Below, in pieces: positions 12,031-25,535 of a DNA stretch of 64,000 nucleotides. Within the stretch, counting starts at the first letter, position 1, and each line of letters opens with the position of its first letter. Both the position numbers and the translations under genes were made by a program. Location of the stretch: positions 112,678-176,677 of the forward strand of contig MU619286.1 of assembly GCA_025201805.1 (NCBI GenBank). Reading direction: 5' to 3'. This DNA is from Parasitella parasitica NRRL 2501 (lineage: Eukaryota; Fungi; Mucoromycota). The notes beneath the pieces were generated by a model. The model was not told the DNA's origin, did no database searches, and saw only the letters and a program-made list of their open reading frames with translations.

Positions 12031-15000
12031 ATGTCAGACAGCGATGACAATAGCAATAACCAGCTAGCAATACAAGGGTTTGAGCGTTTTCGAGAAAATA
12101 GTGTCATTTCAATGGAATTACCAGTATCGCCTACATCCCTCAACAGCGCACCAGCAAATGACTCAATTGCAGAATACTGCACAGAGTCGTTGTACAGCTA
12201 CAGCTTCACTCCTATCTCTCGAGTGAATAAAGCTGCTAAAATCAAACGACAAATTTTGAACCGAGGAATGGACTATATGCAACGGATCCGATGGAAAACA
12301 GGCGAGAGAGACACAGCAAGAAGATTTTCTCAGCCGGATATTGGTGTGTTGGATCATCCCCAAGACTGGGCCGAGGATGGGGATCGCGTGAAATCTGCAA
12401 CTACATCAAAGACAAAGACTTCACACTTGAAAGCATGTCCGTCACTCAATGATATTGCTTCAAGGAACTATGATGATTTCACATCACCAATTGCACCTTT
12501 TACTTCTTCCAATATAGCTGCCGCTTCATCACACCATGCATCAATATTACCAAACGCTGTTACAAACAGTAGTGAGGAATTATCAGCTTGCAACGGCAAT
12601 GCCGAAAACTCGAGCGAAATAAACGACGAAGGATTCCATCTAGGACGAAGACAAACAATCGAAGTCTTTAATAATTTACCGCCTATTTATGAAGACCCTA
12701 AGCCCAGCGCATCCATGACAACGACATCAGCACAATTCACAAGAGCATTGCACACCCCATCTCGATTTTTACCACAAAATCAGGCTATTTTAACCACAGA
12801 CGCCGATGCTACCACTTTGCTATTCAACGACATGGCTAGCCTGTGTTTTGGGATTGACAAGTCATTTATTGGAAAGTCTATTTTAGATGCGTTGGAAGAA
12901 CCCTTCAAGAAGCAAATTCGCAATATTTTGAAGAGGAGAAAAAGCTTATCTTCCATTGCAAATCAATTGCCATCGCCTATGCGAGAAAGCCGATTAGAAA
13001 AAGGCCTTGTGCTGGTGTGCGGCATTGTTGTGCCTATTTGTAAAATGAATGGAGAGACTTCTTCAGCAGCCTCACTCTGGCTAAAAGAGAAATTGACAGA
13101 CGAAGGAAAAAGCATATACATTTGGATTTTTGAGGAGATTTATGAAACTTCACTGTCGACTAAATTAGATCAACACGTGAGTTCTCCTGCGTGGTGAATT
13201 TCTGTAGGTTGCATTGACTCTTTTGTTTTAGGGCAATGTTGAAGAAGTTATCGGTACAACAAAGGATTTGTTTGGCTATGAACCCTCTCAAGTGGTTGGT
13301 AAGCCCATTACACAGTTAATACCAGCATTGTCCAACGGCAATCTCGTTAATCCCGGCGTCAATCTACGTAAAATTGACAAGCTAAAATTTTACGGTGGTC
13401 GATCAAAGTTGGGAACTTGTTTTCCTATAATGGTCAATTTAGGATCTTCCATTCCAGATATGATAAAGATTGTATCTTTGCCATCTGTAGCCGGCTTGAT
13501 AACTGTTTATCATAATGGGAAAATCCAGAGTATCAATCCCGTGCCTGCAAAGTACCTGTTTGGATACTCACCTGAAGCGCTCGTCGAGAAATTCGATATT
13601 GATCAAATCATCCCGCAGTTTTCCAGCATTGTCACAGGATTACGCCGTTGCAATTTACTGCAATTTTCCAGTACAGTAAACAACCATGCGTGTCGGTGGG
13701 CTATCTCAGACATGCACTCAGCTGATAAATACAAATCGATGGACGTTTCCCAGTCATTAAAGTCGTTGGAAAGACAACCCTCTATAAGTTCTAATGGACA
13801 AACGTTACCTACAATTTTTGCTGTGCACAGAGATGGAAGTCGATTCGAAGTTCAGCTACAACTGAGATTGATTGAAAGCGAGCAGGAGGGTTTGATCAGT
13901 ATTTGGGTGACTTACGATCGTATCTATGCCCTAAAGAGAGCAAAAAGATTTCAGGCACAAAGGCAGCAGCAAAAACCAGCATTACCGATAAAAAATACTG
14001 CCACAGAAGTTCCCACAATGACAGATCAACAGCAACTGTCCCACCCTCAATGTTCTACTCCTGCTTCAAATACGGAGGGAATATCCCCCCTAGATACAAC
14101 CATACAACTTGATAAATCGACAGAAATGCCCATCATCACTAAAAAGAGACCGCCAATCCGACCTTACGGCTTTTCATCATTTGGATCAGTGGATCAAAAA
14201 AAGGCACTATTCCCGAGTAATTTTAAAGAAAAACAAGGTGATCAACCACAGCAGGAAAAACAGATCAAATCTTTAGAGATTCAAGAGCCTACCATGCCAG
14301 AGAAAAAGGTGCCACATCCTATGGATGCTTATGCTATTATTGGCACTTTAGGCGAAGGAGCTTATGGCACGGCTAAACTTGCTTACCGTAAAGATGACAT
14401 AACAAAGGTACACATATCGTAATATGATACAAACAAACACTAATTCCATAATTAGACCAAAATGGTTATAAAATTCATTGTCAAGTCGAGGATTATTATC
14501 GATTCATGGATTAGGGACCGTGAACTTGGACTGATACCACTGGAAATCCATATTCTAAAGAAATTAAAAGAGCATCCTCAGGCAAACTGTTGCGCCCTAG
14601 GTACGTGTATAAATAAGTATCATCAGGTCAACCCAAACCCTAATTATAATTTTTGTAAACAAGTAACATACATGGAAGATGAGGATAACTACTTTGTCGT
14701 CATGAAATTACATGGCTTAAACAGCATGGATCTATTCGACTACATTGAACTCAATGAACATATCAATGAACAAGAAATCAAAAGCATATTTAAACAAGTT
14801 GCTTTAGCAGTGGAGCATATCCAAAGCCTGAGAATTGTGCATCGTGATATTAAGGATGAAAATATTCTCCTGGACGAAACTGGCCGTGTTCATTTGATTG
14901 ATTTTGGAAGCGCCGCTTATTTTAGAAAGGGCAGAACCTTTGATACGTTTGGTGGCACATTAGACTTTTGCGCCCCTGAGATATTAAAAGGTATGCCTTA

Positions 15001-15300
15001 TGAGGGCCCAGCTCAAGACATATGGAGTCTAGGTACCTTATTGTACACGTTGATTTACAGAGAAAATCCCTTTTACAATGTCGATGAAATCATGGAACAT
15101 GATTTGAGGATACCGTTTGTTCTATCCGAAGGTATGCAGATTATATCATGACTTTTTAACATGTCATTAAGATTCTAACTTTTGCTATCTTGACAAAAGA
15201 TTCGCTTGATCTAATCAAGAAGATGTTAAATCGTGATGTTGAAAAGCGTTATACTATTCATGAGGTGCTGGAACACCCTTATCTAAAATCTTGTACATAA
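12031..15300 (+). CDS. PASK: PAS-domain Ser/Thr kinase (PSK1/2, PASK family)
   Basis: PAS-like repeats (LFGYEPSQVVGKPITQLIP; HRDGSRFEVQL) followed by kinase motifs LGEGAYG, IKFIVKSRI, MDLFDYIE, HRDIKDEN, DFG, ENPFYN; multi-exon. Confidence 0.92.
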
Positions 15301-15738
15301 TAAATCCTTATTTAGACATCTGTTTTTTTTAATATCTTTTCCGCTGCTCTTAATTGTAATATTCAATCGGTGATATCGTTTATCGGCTGATAATAGTGAT
15401 TATCGTATTCGATGTATGTTTTTAGAGGCTCATTGTAAATACTATATATAGATATTTATGGATTAAACAAAAAGTTATATACAAATATAAACATAGAAAG
15501 AAATCCTTTAATTGAAGCAGGTCCAAAAACAATGAAAAATTACTTCATTCATTTTTTTTTTTTTGCCTTATCATCCATACTATTTTCGGCAAATGGTGCT
15601 ACCCCGTGTGATTATCAAATTCATATCAAAATGACAATTTCAATGAGAAAATTTTACTCATTGTTGCATAAAATAACTAAAAAAAAAAAGAAGGCTCCTC
15701 GCAGTTCTGTTTTCCTCTTTCTTTTTTTTAAATGTATA

Positions 15739-17072
15739 ATGGGCAGAATGACTACTAAATCGAGCGCAAAACTAAAAATTCACTTGGAAAGCGACCAGTT
15801 GATCATGTATGGCACATCAAATGAATCTTCTGGATGTGTGTTGAGAGGCGCATTAAGTCTACGGTTAAAAAAAGCTACAAGTTTAAAATCATTGGTGCTG
15901 TCATTTTATGGCACAATATCTGTTAGTTGGAGCCAATGTAAGTATAATGCACTGAAATGATACAGGTGTAGCAAATAATTTACATGGCAGATTATTCAGT
16001 GCTAGGAAATGGCCATGAGCGCAAATACAACGACCATCGAATCCTCATCAATCACAAATGGACTTTTTTACCACCACAAGCGCACAACAAGCACCATTTA
16101 CTAGAAGCCGGATATCACTCTTATGAATTTGAATTAGTTTTACCTGGCACACTTCCGGAGTCAATCCATGTGGCCAAGTACTACCTTGTTCAGTACCAAA
16201 TGAAAGCAATAGCAGAACGATCGGGGTTTTTGCTTTCAAATTACACCACCCGTCAAGACATACTCCTATCCAGACAGAAATTATCTTTCTCGATCGACTA
16301 TTTAGATCCTGTCACTGTAGCTAATCATTGGCCAAATAAGTTGGATTACGAAATTTCATTACCTACAAAGGTCTACAGCCATGGCAACATTATTCCTGTA
16401 TCTGTCCAAGCGTTACCGCTCGCGCCCAACCTGCAAGTCCGTTATATATCTTGTACATTCAAAGAATACATGACCTGCCGTGCAATCAATGGCTGGTTCA
16501 ATGGCAAAAACAAATCTCACGGTCGCATTATACACTATACTAGAAGAGATCAAGAGCGGCGGCAACAGCAGAGTATGTGGTCAACTGTCATACACATTAA
16601 AGTGCCCGATAGTCTGAAGGACATTCAGTGTGATGCACACAATGACTCTGTCAGGGTGCGGCACAAACTCAAATTTGTCATGTCAATTGAGAACGAAGAC
16701 GGCCACATATCTGAATTGAGGGCTGTATTACCGGTGGTCATTGCAACAACAAACTCAGTTGATAGACTACCGGCATATGAAGAGACGGGAAGAACTATGC
16801 CATATGATCCGGTCTTAATGATGGCATTGATCAGACGCTCAACAGAATCTACTATCACTAACAACCAAATAGTGCATTTAATGCCACAAAGGGGGTACAA
16901 TGAAATCATACCTCGAAATAGTAGTAGTTGCAGTGGCATATTGCCTAGTTACAGTAGCTTGACAACCACTGTAGCTGCAGCTGATGAACTTAGTGAGAGC
17001 GACGAGGATGATGGCGATGATAGACAGGACTATTCCAGAAGATCATTGCCAAGCTATGATGGAATTTATTAG
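15739..17072 (+). CDS. Alpha-arrestin (ART/Rod1-like) ubiquitin-ligase adaptor
   Basis: VLRGALSL, GYHSYEFELVLPGTLPES, NHWPNKLDYEISLP, VRHKLKF, SELRA; PY-type motifs LPAY, LPSY, LPSY; one intron. Confidence 0.9.
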
Positions 17073-17130
17073 AAAATAACGAGCCGTATGACTCTGCCAT
17101 GTTAGAAATAATATGTACATGTATATTAGT

Positions 17131-17841
17131 TTATTTATATGTTGAAGATGAAATAAAATGTTTGTATGATAGTCCAGATTTCAAATAGGCCACCAGTTCA
17201 TTTAGAAGCCTTATTGCTACGTTTTTATCATCGTCTAACCATTCAGATAGTTTTTCAATAATTGCTTCGTCATCAAACATTGACTTCAAACGCTGTTCGT
17301 ATGGTATTAATAGAAGCTTTACAAAATGATCATGCAAGAAATCATCATAGGCATCAACGCCTACAATTATTTTCAATTCATTTTGCAGGAATACTCGGGC
17401 TCTTGGCATATATTCTGGAGTAATTACTGTGAAATCAGTATGACGAGGCAGTGGATCAGGATATTTGTCAACTTGCACAATCCCCTTGTATACATTCCTT
17501 CGCTCGATTCTTAATCTTTCTTCAGGTGATGGATATCTCTTTTTGTATAGCGGCGGATCATAGTATTTTCTATTTTCCTTGTCTTTTAAATAGTACTCAT
17601 CAAATGTATTTTCTTCGTCCTCGATGTTATACACTAAGGAACTAATAGTTTGCCTACATACTGGACACACACACGATGCGATATTTATCCAATGCCGTAT
17701 ACAATAAAAGCAGTATGAATGATAACATGGTCGAAGAAATGTTCTGTTTGCATACTCCTGAAGACAAATTGTGCATGTTGGTATCATTTGATCTTGGCCT
17801 TTCTGATCAACTCTCTTTCGTTTTCCTACTATTGATGTCAT
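17131..17841 (-). CDS. RING-HC (C3HC4) E3 ligase, Topors-like
   Basis: CTICLQ..PCYHSYCFYCIRHW..CPVCRQ. Confidence 0.85.
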   Translation of the reverse strand: MTSIVGKRKRVDQKGQDQMIPTCTICLQEYANRTFLRPCYHSYCFYCIRHWINIASCVCPVCRQTISSLVYNIEDEENTFDEYYLKDKENRKYYDPPLYKKRYPSPEERLRIERRNVYKGIVQVDKYPDPLPRHTDFTVITPEYMPRARVFLQNELKIIVGVDAYDDFLHDHFVKLLLIPYEQRLKSMFDDEAIIEKLSEWLDDDKNVAIRLLNELVAYLKSGLSYKHFISSSTYK

Positions 17842-17996
17842 TTCGTGTGTAAGTGGTTTGAGCAAAAAAAAAAGAGAAAGAGAGAGAGACAAACATCTTC
17901 TCGAGTCACGAAAAGCATGTCTTTTCACTCCTCTTCCCAATCACAAAACTTCCTTTTTCTTTCATTCTTGAACTAGTTTAACAATCAAAAAATCCC

Positions 17997-18457
17997 ATGG
18001 GCGTAAAGCAAAAGACATCACAATCGACTCCAACAAATGGCATAAATCAAGCTTCTGACAGAGATAGAGAGCGTGATAAGAAAAGAAGAGTAGTAGAGAC
18101 AAATGTTGGAAAAGAATTTCAGACCGCAAGTATCTTCTTTCTCTTGGCTAGAGAAAGATCTACCACTAATATCTTCTTACAGATTGACTTTAATTCTATG
18201 GATATCTCTGTTCTTCGTAAATATGCTCGGGTTCACAAGATCAAAGCTAAATCCAAGGCCAGTAAAGAGGAATTGGCTGCTTCCGTATCTCGTCATTTTG
18301 CAAACCAAACAGTAAAAGAATTAGACACAATTACTTGCTTTTTATATACCGCTCATTATAAGGGTAAGTGGATAGCTACATTACATTTGGACGATGATCT
18401 TATAGCGTATGACTTATTTGATTAGATTCCGTATTAAGGCTTCCATTACATATTTAA
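17997..18457 (+). CDS. SAP30: SAP30-like Sin3-binding subunit
   Basis: IDFNSMDISVLRKY..SKEELAASVSRHF..ELDTITCFLY; probable GC-AG intron 18126-18182 and GT-AG intron ~18364-18425. Confidence 0.85.
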
Positions 18458-18760
18458 CATCAAATCCAAAGATGTTCATCGTTGTCTCTCATTCATCATC
18501 CGTTTAGTCTCCGTTTCGAATCGCAATTCCTCAATAAACCACTCTTTTTTACATCTAACACAGTAGCAACGAGACACCGAGAAGTAGTATGTACCATGCG
18601 TTTGTGTAAAGAACAATTATCCCTCCCAAAAAAAAAAACAGACAGGAAAGATAACGAACACAACTTCTAATAGCCCTCTCAAGTGCATATTTTGATTGGT
18701 CGAGTATTAGTGACGGTAGTGATCAAGTAAATTGCATCAAAGTATTGCAAGCTAAAATAA

Positions 18761-18791
<31 letters not shown>

Positions 18792-19015
18792 GAAGATTTT
18801 AAACCAGCCAAGTATACGTAAACATCAGCATACTTCTCCTACACGGATGCTTAAATCAAGTTAGTCCATGTCCAACTTCGAATTATGAGTACGTTTATTA
18901 ATCTTATATCAAACTTAATTCAAAATCTCTTGTATATCTTGAAAGACGAGAGCGTTGAGAGCGATGCCGTGTAAGAGTGCTTGATAAGCCAACCTTTATT
19001 TCATGTCAAATCTCT

Positions 19016-19029
19016 GTTTCCATGGCAAC
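19016..19029. promoter_or_regulatory. RFX X-box
   Basis: GTTTCCATGGCAAC, ~50 nt upstream of TATAAA and ~140 nt upstream of the DnaJ ATG. Confidence 0.6.
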
Positions 19030-19169
19030 AATCAGATACTTGAAGCTGCAGCCTCAAACCAATTTCCGCATTTGATTGTATAAATAGAAACTGCATTTTC
19101 CAATAAAATCCTATTTGCTTTTTGCTTTTTGCTTTTTACTTTTTACTTTTTATTGCAACATCCTACAAG

Positions 19170-20367
19170 ATGGACTTTTATAAAATGTTGGAGATTACTC
19201 CAGATGCTTCAGAAGAAGATATCAAAAAAGCATACAGAAAACTTGCACTTAAATATCATCCGGATAAAAACCATGAACCAGGCGCTGCTGAAAAGGTAGA
19301 TTTTTGACGTATTGCAGACATATTAATCAACTATTTAATATTTGTTTACATGAATAGTTCAAAAGCGTAAGGTAATAACTACATTCTGTATAAAAAGCAT
19401 ATCAACCTAACAAGTATCTTGAAATATTTAGTGAAGCATATCAAATATTATCTGATCGTAACGTATATAACTGTCTGATAAAAACCCTTGGATTTAAATT
19501 TTAAAACCTGTGCTATTAGCTGAAAAAAGAAGAATGTATGATAACCAAGCTGATGAGGATGATGCGGATCAACAAGACTATTATACAACATCTCAACCTT
19601 TCAACGCTAAAACAACTTCTTCTACCAGGACCAGATCATTCAGACACGATCCGCTATTTGCCACATTCCAAGTAAACCAGACTAAAAAGTTTTTGTACCT
19701 GTGTAAAAAAAAACTAATGGCTTTCATTACAGTTCCGAACTCCAGATGATATTTTTAATCAGTTTTTTAATGGCCAAGATCCATTCAAATTATTTATGAA
19801 TGACCCATTTTTAGGCGGTGGAATTGGTTCGGGCGATATTCACGCTTCCATGATGCCAGATTCATTTAGATCTCCATTTGATCATGCACAGAACAGCAAT
19901 ATCTATAATATGAGTGGTATGTCTGGTGCTTCAAGGACCATGTCCACTACGACAAGTATTGTGAATGGCCGTAAACACACAATTACCAAAATCACTGATG
20001 CTAATGGGACACGCATTATTGAGGATTATGGCGATGGGCGTCAACGGGTCACAGTAAATGGAGAAGAAGAGGTGATACCATCTCAGCAAACTCAGCAACT
20101 TCAACAGCCTCAGCAACATAGAATCATTGATAGCCGACCATCCTACGATGCGCCTGCCACCATTAGGCCTTATGCAAGTGGTAAGTCGTATTTTGGCCAT
20201 TATTATGATTAAAGGTTAATTGAATATCCAAATGAACGATAGTAGATTTGAATAGAGAATATGGAGACAATCATAACACAGGGGATTATGATGAAGAAGA
20301 CAATCAAAGACGTCGTAAAAGCCCACTTCACGAACTTTGTTCTCGACTTTGTTGTTGCTTTGAATAA
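19170..20367 (+). CDS. DnaJ class B protein (DNAJB6-like) with micro-exons and a C-terminal Cys cluster
   Basis: [21 protein letters not shown]; 14-nt and 26-nt exons complete the J domain ([13 protein letters not shown]); G/F-rich region; [16 protein letters not shown]; ends [10 protein letters not shown]. Confidence 0.88.
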
Positions 20368-20978
20368 ACTGTAGTTTGACAAGCTCAATAATGGATAACT
20401 CACCTTCAATATTATCATTGTACCAATAGAGACGTAAACCCGATCAACTTTCTTTAATTATAATATTAGCAGATGTGTGACAAGACATAAACAATTGCGT
20501 TATTATGGATATAACAGTTTAGCGTTATTGACATGGTTGGGAGTACAACTTATTCTTCATACAATATAAGGTATACATGCTGCTGATATGGGTGGGGGCA
20601 TGATATGGATCATCTCTGAGTAAAATCATGTCATATATAACAAGAGTGTATTGTGCGTAAATATGCCCTCTTTTGCACATCAGTAAACTAGACACATCAT
20701 GAATGTGTCAATGTCCTGCCCATCTAACGAAATAGATTCAGATTTTAGATGAAAGTGGTATAAATGTGTAATAATAACGGTTAATTTCGTCCAGGAAATA
20801 CCACCACAGTGGGATGAGCTACATTTTCATTTTCAATAGTGTCCTGCGTGCAGATCACTGAAATCTCTAGGCATTCCACCTAGTGGCTTGTCAGCTATCC
20901 AAAAAAAAACCAAAGGTACCTGTGTCCTGCTTCGTATTAAATATCTCTCTTTTTTGACTTTACGTGATTTACAGAACC

Positions 20979-22506
20979 ATGAGATTGAGAAACAGCGTCA
21001 AGAAAGATGAACATGCATCAGAGCAAGAGAAAGACAACAAGAATATTAAACTCGAGGAAACTGGCAATGGTATAATCCCATTCACCGATTACCATAATCA
21101 CGCCATTAACTCACAAAACAGGTCAAATTGAGCAAGGTCCACCATTACCCCCAGATAACCGCTATCAGTGTGATATCTGCAAATATGAAATCGAGGGTTA
21201 TAGGGCGTACGAATTCCATTTGAAATTAGCACACAAATTGCACTTTGTCAAGAAGTTAATCTACAAGCATTGGTTGAGACTAGATGGGCAAGAGTCTCCT
21301 TACATCTGTCCAGACTGTGGAAGGCACTTTAAAGCGACACGCCATTATGAGATGCATATGGGAACGGCTCACAAGAACGATATGCTATCGATGATGAAGG
21401 AAAAGATGCTGCCTATCATCAATGATCCCAACAATTACTGTCAATCTTGCGAAAATACATATTCAAACAAAAACAACTTCAGAGCTCATTTAAGGAAGGT
21501 ACACTCCATTGCAATATATAATCGAGTCGCAAATGTTGTACCTGATCCGCACGACCCTGATTTCAACTGTGCAGCTTGCCAGAAAAAATATGAAAATAAA
21601 AAGAAATATCGAAAGCACCTGTATAGTATCCACAATATACGCAGTGTCAATGACAAGCTAGTAGAGATTGATTCCAATGTAAAGCTGGAGGAACACGATC
21701 CCAACTTGATTATGAAGCAAGCAACAATGAGTAATATTGCAGCCGAAAGTTTGTATTCCACTTCAAACCACAAGGGCTCGAACGGTATTTTGAGAAGAAG
21801 GCCAGAATCTCTCGATTTAGAGAAAGAAGTAGCAAGTACTACAGTAAAAAAAAAAAAAGAAGGGACCTCATTGCTGCCAAAGATTGGTGACCCCAACTTT
21901 TATTGCCGCGTTTGCAAAAAGACATACTCAAACAAATACAGCTACAGCGTACATCTTGACCATGTACACGACATACAGCCACCGCAGCACCTGAGCAAAA
22001 CTCCAGTCGACCCTGACAAGCTTTTTCCTGACCCCCATGATCCTGATTTTTATTGCCGTATATGCGAAATCACTCACTTCAATTTACCAGAGCATCGCCT
22101 TCATTGCAGGATCGTTCACCACATGGTGTTCGAACGACAGTACAAGAATCCTGATGCAGTGATCAACATTGATTGCCCCAATTTCTTTTGTCGAAAATGC
22201 GAAAAACAATATCCAGGAAAGTATAACTATAGGAGCCATCTCAAGTCAGTGCATGAAATCATATACAAGCAAGCAAAAAAGAGGGCTAATAGCGATATCG
22301 AAATCAACATTGACAGCCCGGATTTTTATTGTGACAAATGTGACAAAAGATTCCAGGAGAAGTACTACTTTAGAAGGCATTTGAAATATGTCCACAATCT
22401 ACGATACAAACGTGAAAAGCTCATCAGAAAGGAGGGGAAAAGACGTGTACAATTTGCAGATGTGGCTGGTAATGCCTTAGATCCCTGTTTATTGCATGGC
22501 TACTGA
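20979..22506 (+). CDS. Multi-C2H2 zinc-finger protein
   Basis: ~8 fingers, most with the prefix DPNFYC/DPDFYC (CxxC-x12-H-x4-H); intron 21069-21121 joins the ATG exon in frame. Confidence 0.88.
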
Positions 22507-22802
22507 AAGGGTGATTTTCCAAAATTTGGTTGTGATATAGCATAATAAACTTTCTGTTTAAAATGGATAGACCATTATATAGTATAAAGACGAATACGTC
22601 TCAATAAACGCCAACCTTGTTAGACCTGTACGAATAGCCACGTGGTTAGATTTACAAAGCAAGATGTCTTTCAACGTTCTTAACTGTATTAATCTTGAGC
22701 TTACATGCTCCCATTGCATCATTGGCAGATTTTTATTTTTGTTCCAGCAAGAACAACTGCTACCAAAATTAGGTGATGTATCATTTCGAAAACCGGATGT
22801 CA

Positions 22803-22975
22803 ATAAAATAAACTCATATTAGAGAGTGAATTATGGTTCATAGAGTAATATATAAACAATATGAAACTGAACATGTTATAACATTTGAGATAGATATAAT
22901 CTACCCTGTCTCCTGAATCTCATCACTAAAACCTTTATCCTCACATCGCTTCTCTCACATATAAGTATTTAACAT
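22803..22975. repeat. Dispersed repeat, copy 2 (inverted relative to 575-710)
   Basis: Reverse-complement match to 575-710 with an internal insertion. Confidence 0.75.
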
Positions 22976-23449
22976 ATGTTAATCAGAAAGCAACCGAAAC
23001 CTAGTAAGCTGAAGCCACCAGTGAAGTTCTACCGGGGAAACATTTATAGACCGTATGCTCGAAACCCCTCAAGAGCATGAACTAATTGCAAGAGACTTAA
23101 ATATTAGCTACTTCCTTGTGATAAAATAGTGAAATTGTTACAAAGGGACAGAAGAGGTTGCGTATAAAAAGTCTGAATAAACAACGGTCTGGAAAGCTCC
23201 TTCAAAACTGTGCAATTTGAAGATTTTAGTTAAATGAAATTGGTCAAGATTTAAAATTGGTACGGTGATATTTCCAGCAAAATCACTGCGAACAGGAAAA
23301 TTATCATGAAGAATAAGGAATAAAAGTGCTCAACCTTATGAATGATGTTCCAACGTAAGCCAACGATCCTAACATTGTTCTGGAAAACAATGCCTTACAA
23401 AACTTTTATTTAGAAGCAAACAAATCCATTGAAGAAAGAATTGTGGAGA

Positions 23450-23910
23450 AAAGCGATGATATAGAAGAACCAAAGGTTGTTGCTTGATTAAGTTTAAAGA
23501 GGGATACTTACAATGATTCTAGTGATAAGTCAAATGATATGTTAATAGATTGAATGCTAGAAGGTGTTGAGGAAAGGGGAAGAATGATCTGATTTGCAAA
23601 GGAGCTTGGCAATAAAGCTCGTACTTCTTGAGGGTGATTGGCAAAATGTCAATAGACTCAAATATATGAAGAAATTTGTATGACTAGCAGCGTCTTTTCT
23701 GAAAGTCTGAATTTCAGTTTCTTACTAAATATATTATCGACAGTTGTCTAGACATTTAATGGGCTCTTCTATTTCTAACATTTATGAGATAGAAATATAC
23801 TGATTTGTATTTTACAAAAAAGATGTAATTTTATTGACAAAATTGAGTTTCATGTCGATTTGAGTAATGATTCAGTCAGATCCAATGTTGGAACACCCGC
23901 TATAGTATCT
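23450..23910 (+). mobile_element. Decayed Tc1/IS630-type transposase relic
   Basis: HTH-like FAKELGNKARTS (~23593). RCNFIDKIEFHVDLSNDSVRSNVGTPAIV (23821-23907) resembles the first-Asp motif 'CVFIDExGF...ARS..GTPA'. Many stops. Confidence 0.6.
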
Positions 23911-24403
23911 AGTATCCTTCATGTTACAATAGAGAAGCTCTAAATATAGAGTGGATGGCAATGAAAAAGAATAGTGAAAAAACAACCAACAGGCGCGTTA
24001 CATATGAGTCTATTGCGAAATAATCAGTAAGAGTATAGTAATATAAATAAGGATAATGCTCAAAATAATTCCATACTAACATCAAAAAGTGCAGCAGCTA
24101 TATCACGGATCTTAATGGAAATTGAAAGTTATTGAGCGGTGTGCCTGCCTCCATAATCGACATTCGTCTGAATTAAATCCAATTGGACAGATTTGCTAGT
24201 TGTAAAAGGAAACTTGAAGAGTCGCAGGTTGTTCATTGAAGAAATGCGTCTGGATGAATTGTGCCTGGATGGATTGTTGAGGTTTGTATTAGCATACCTA
24301 TCAAGCAACTGTACAACAGCTAGATAAAACATAGTCAGTATATATTCATATTTAAAAATTCATCTTATCTTGTAAATAGAGGCAAATCTATTTGCTAGTG
24401 AAC

Positions 24404-24980
24404 TATTCTCCTCCAGTCTTTTGCAATAGAAGGGTTGAACCGATCAAAAGACTCTGTCCTTCTCTATTCTATATGGATCAAGTAAATAATCCGAACAGAG
24501 AAGTAAGNNNNNNNNNNCCAGTCTTTTGCAATAGAAGGGTTGAACCGATCAAAAGACTCTGTCCTTCTCTATTCTATATGGATCAAGTAAATAATCCGAA
24601 CAGAGAAGTAAGGAGGCATGAATCAACACGGGGAGCCAGCCTTTGTTGAGAAGTCATGGCAAGTACACACGTATTGTCGTTCACTAAGGAATCCGCAAAC
24701 CATTCTCCTCCAGTCTTTTGCGATAGAAGGGTTGAACCGATCAAAAGACTCTGTCCTTCTCTATTCTATATGGATCAAGTAAATAATCCGAACAAAGAAG
24801 TAAGGAGGCATGAATCAACACGGGGAGCCAGCCTTTGTTGAAAAGNNNNNNNNNNCTGTCCTTCTCTATTCTATATGGATCAAGTAAATAATCCGAACAA
24901 AGAAGTAAGGAGGCATGAATCAACACGGGGAGCCAGCCTTTGTTGAAAAGTCATGGCAAGTACACACGTATTGTTGTTTG
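24404..24980. repeat. ~192-bp tandem repeat interrupted by two 10-N gaps
   Basis: CCAGTCTTTTGC(A/G)ATAGAAGGG... starts at 24413, 24518 and 24710, with a partial copy at 24856. Two sequence variants. Confidence 0.9.
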
Positions 24981-25535
24981 CCGTATAATTTGAATTAACC
25001 GCCTAATTGCAAATGTCCGTGAAATTAAACAAAATCCTAGGCTTAGGGCATTAGATTGATCCTATTCTTGAAATTATTAGCAATGACAAGATCGATGTAT
25101 CGATTATCTTCACCTGAGCCACTACCTTTTGAAAAATTACTGACAAAAGTATAGTAAAAAGAAAAAAAGCTTCATTATCAATTTTCAAGTTTACAAAATA
25201 ATATTAGCCACGAAAAGACTTGAGAAAACACGTGTCAAATTTCCCATTTATTACCCTCCTCAATGCCAAAAAAAAAAAAAGAAAACACAACTAAAGAAGA
25301 GCTTTATTCTTTACATTCGAGCCTGTCTTATGTCGATTACGCTGACTCCAAGCAATATAGACTGTAATGGCACGAATAGAGGCCACAAAAGTACACTAGA
25401 GAAAGCAAGCTAGGTACCAAAACGGCATAGGTTTGACTATTATTACAAAGTTTTAGCCTTGACTCCAACTGACATTTTAAATACAAAGTCTCTCGTGAAA
25501 TTTTTTTCTGCTTGCTAACTTTTGTCGAATTTTAA

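Noticed and set aside
24404-24980. Possible CRISPR-like array or 5S rDNA
   Set aside because: Long near-identical units with no unique spacers and no 5S features; eukaryotic context.
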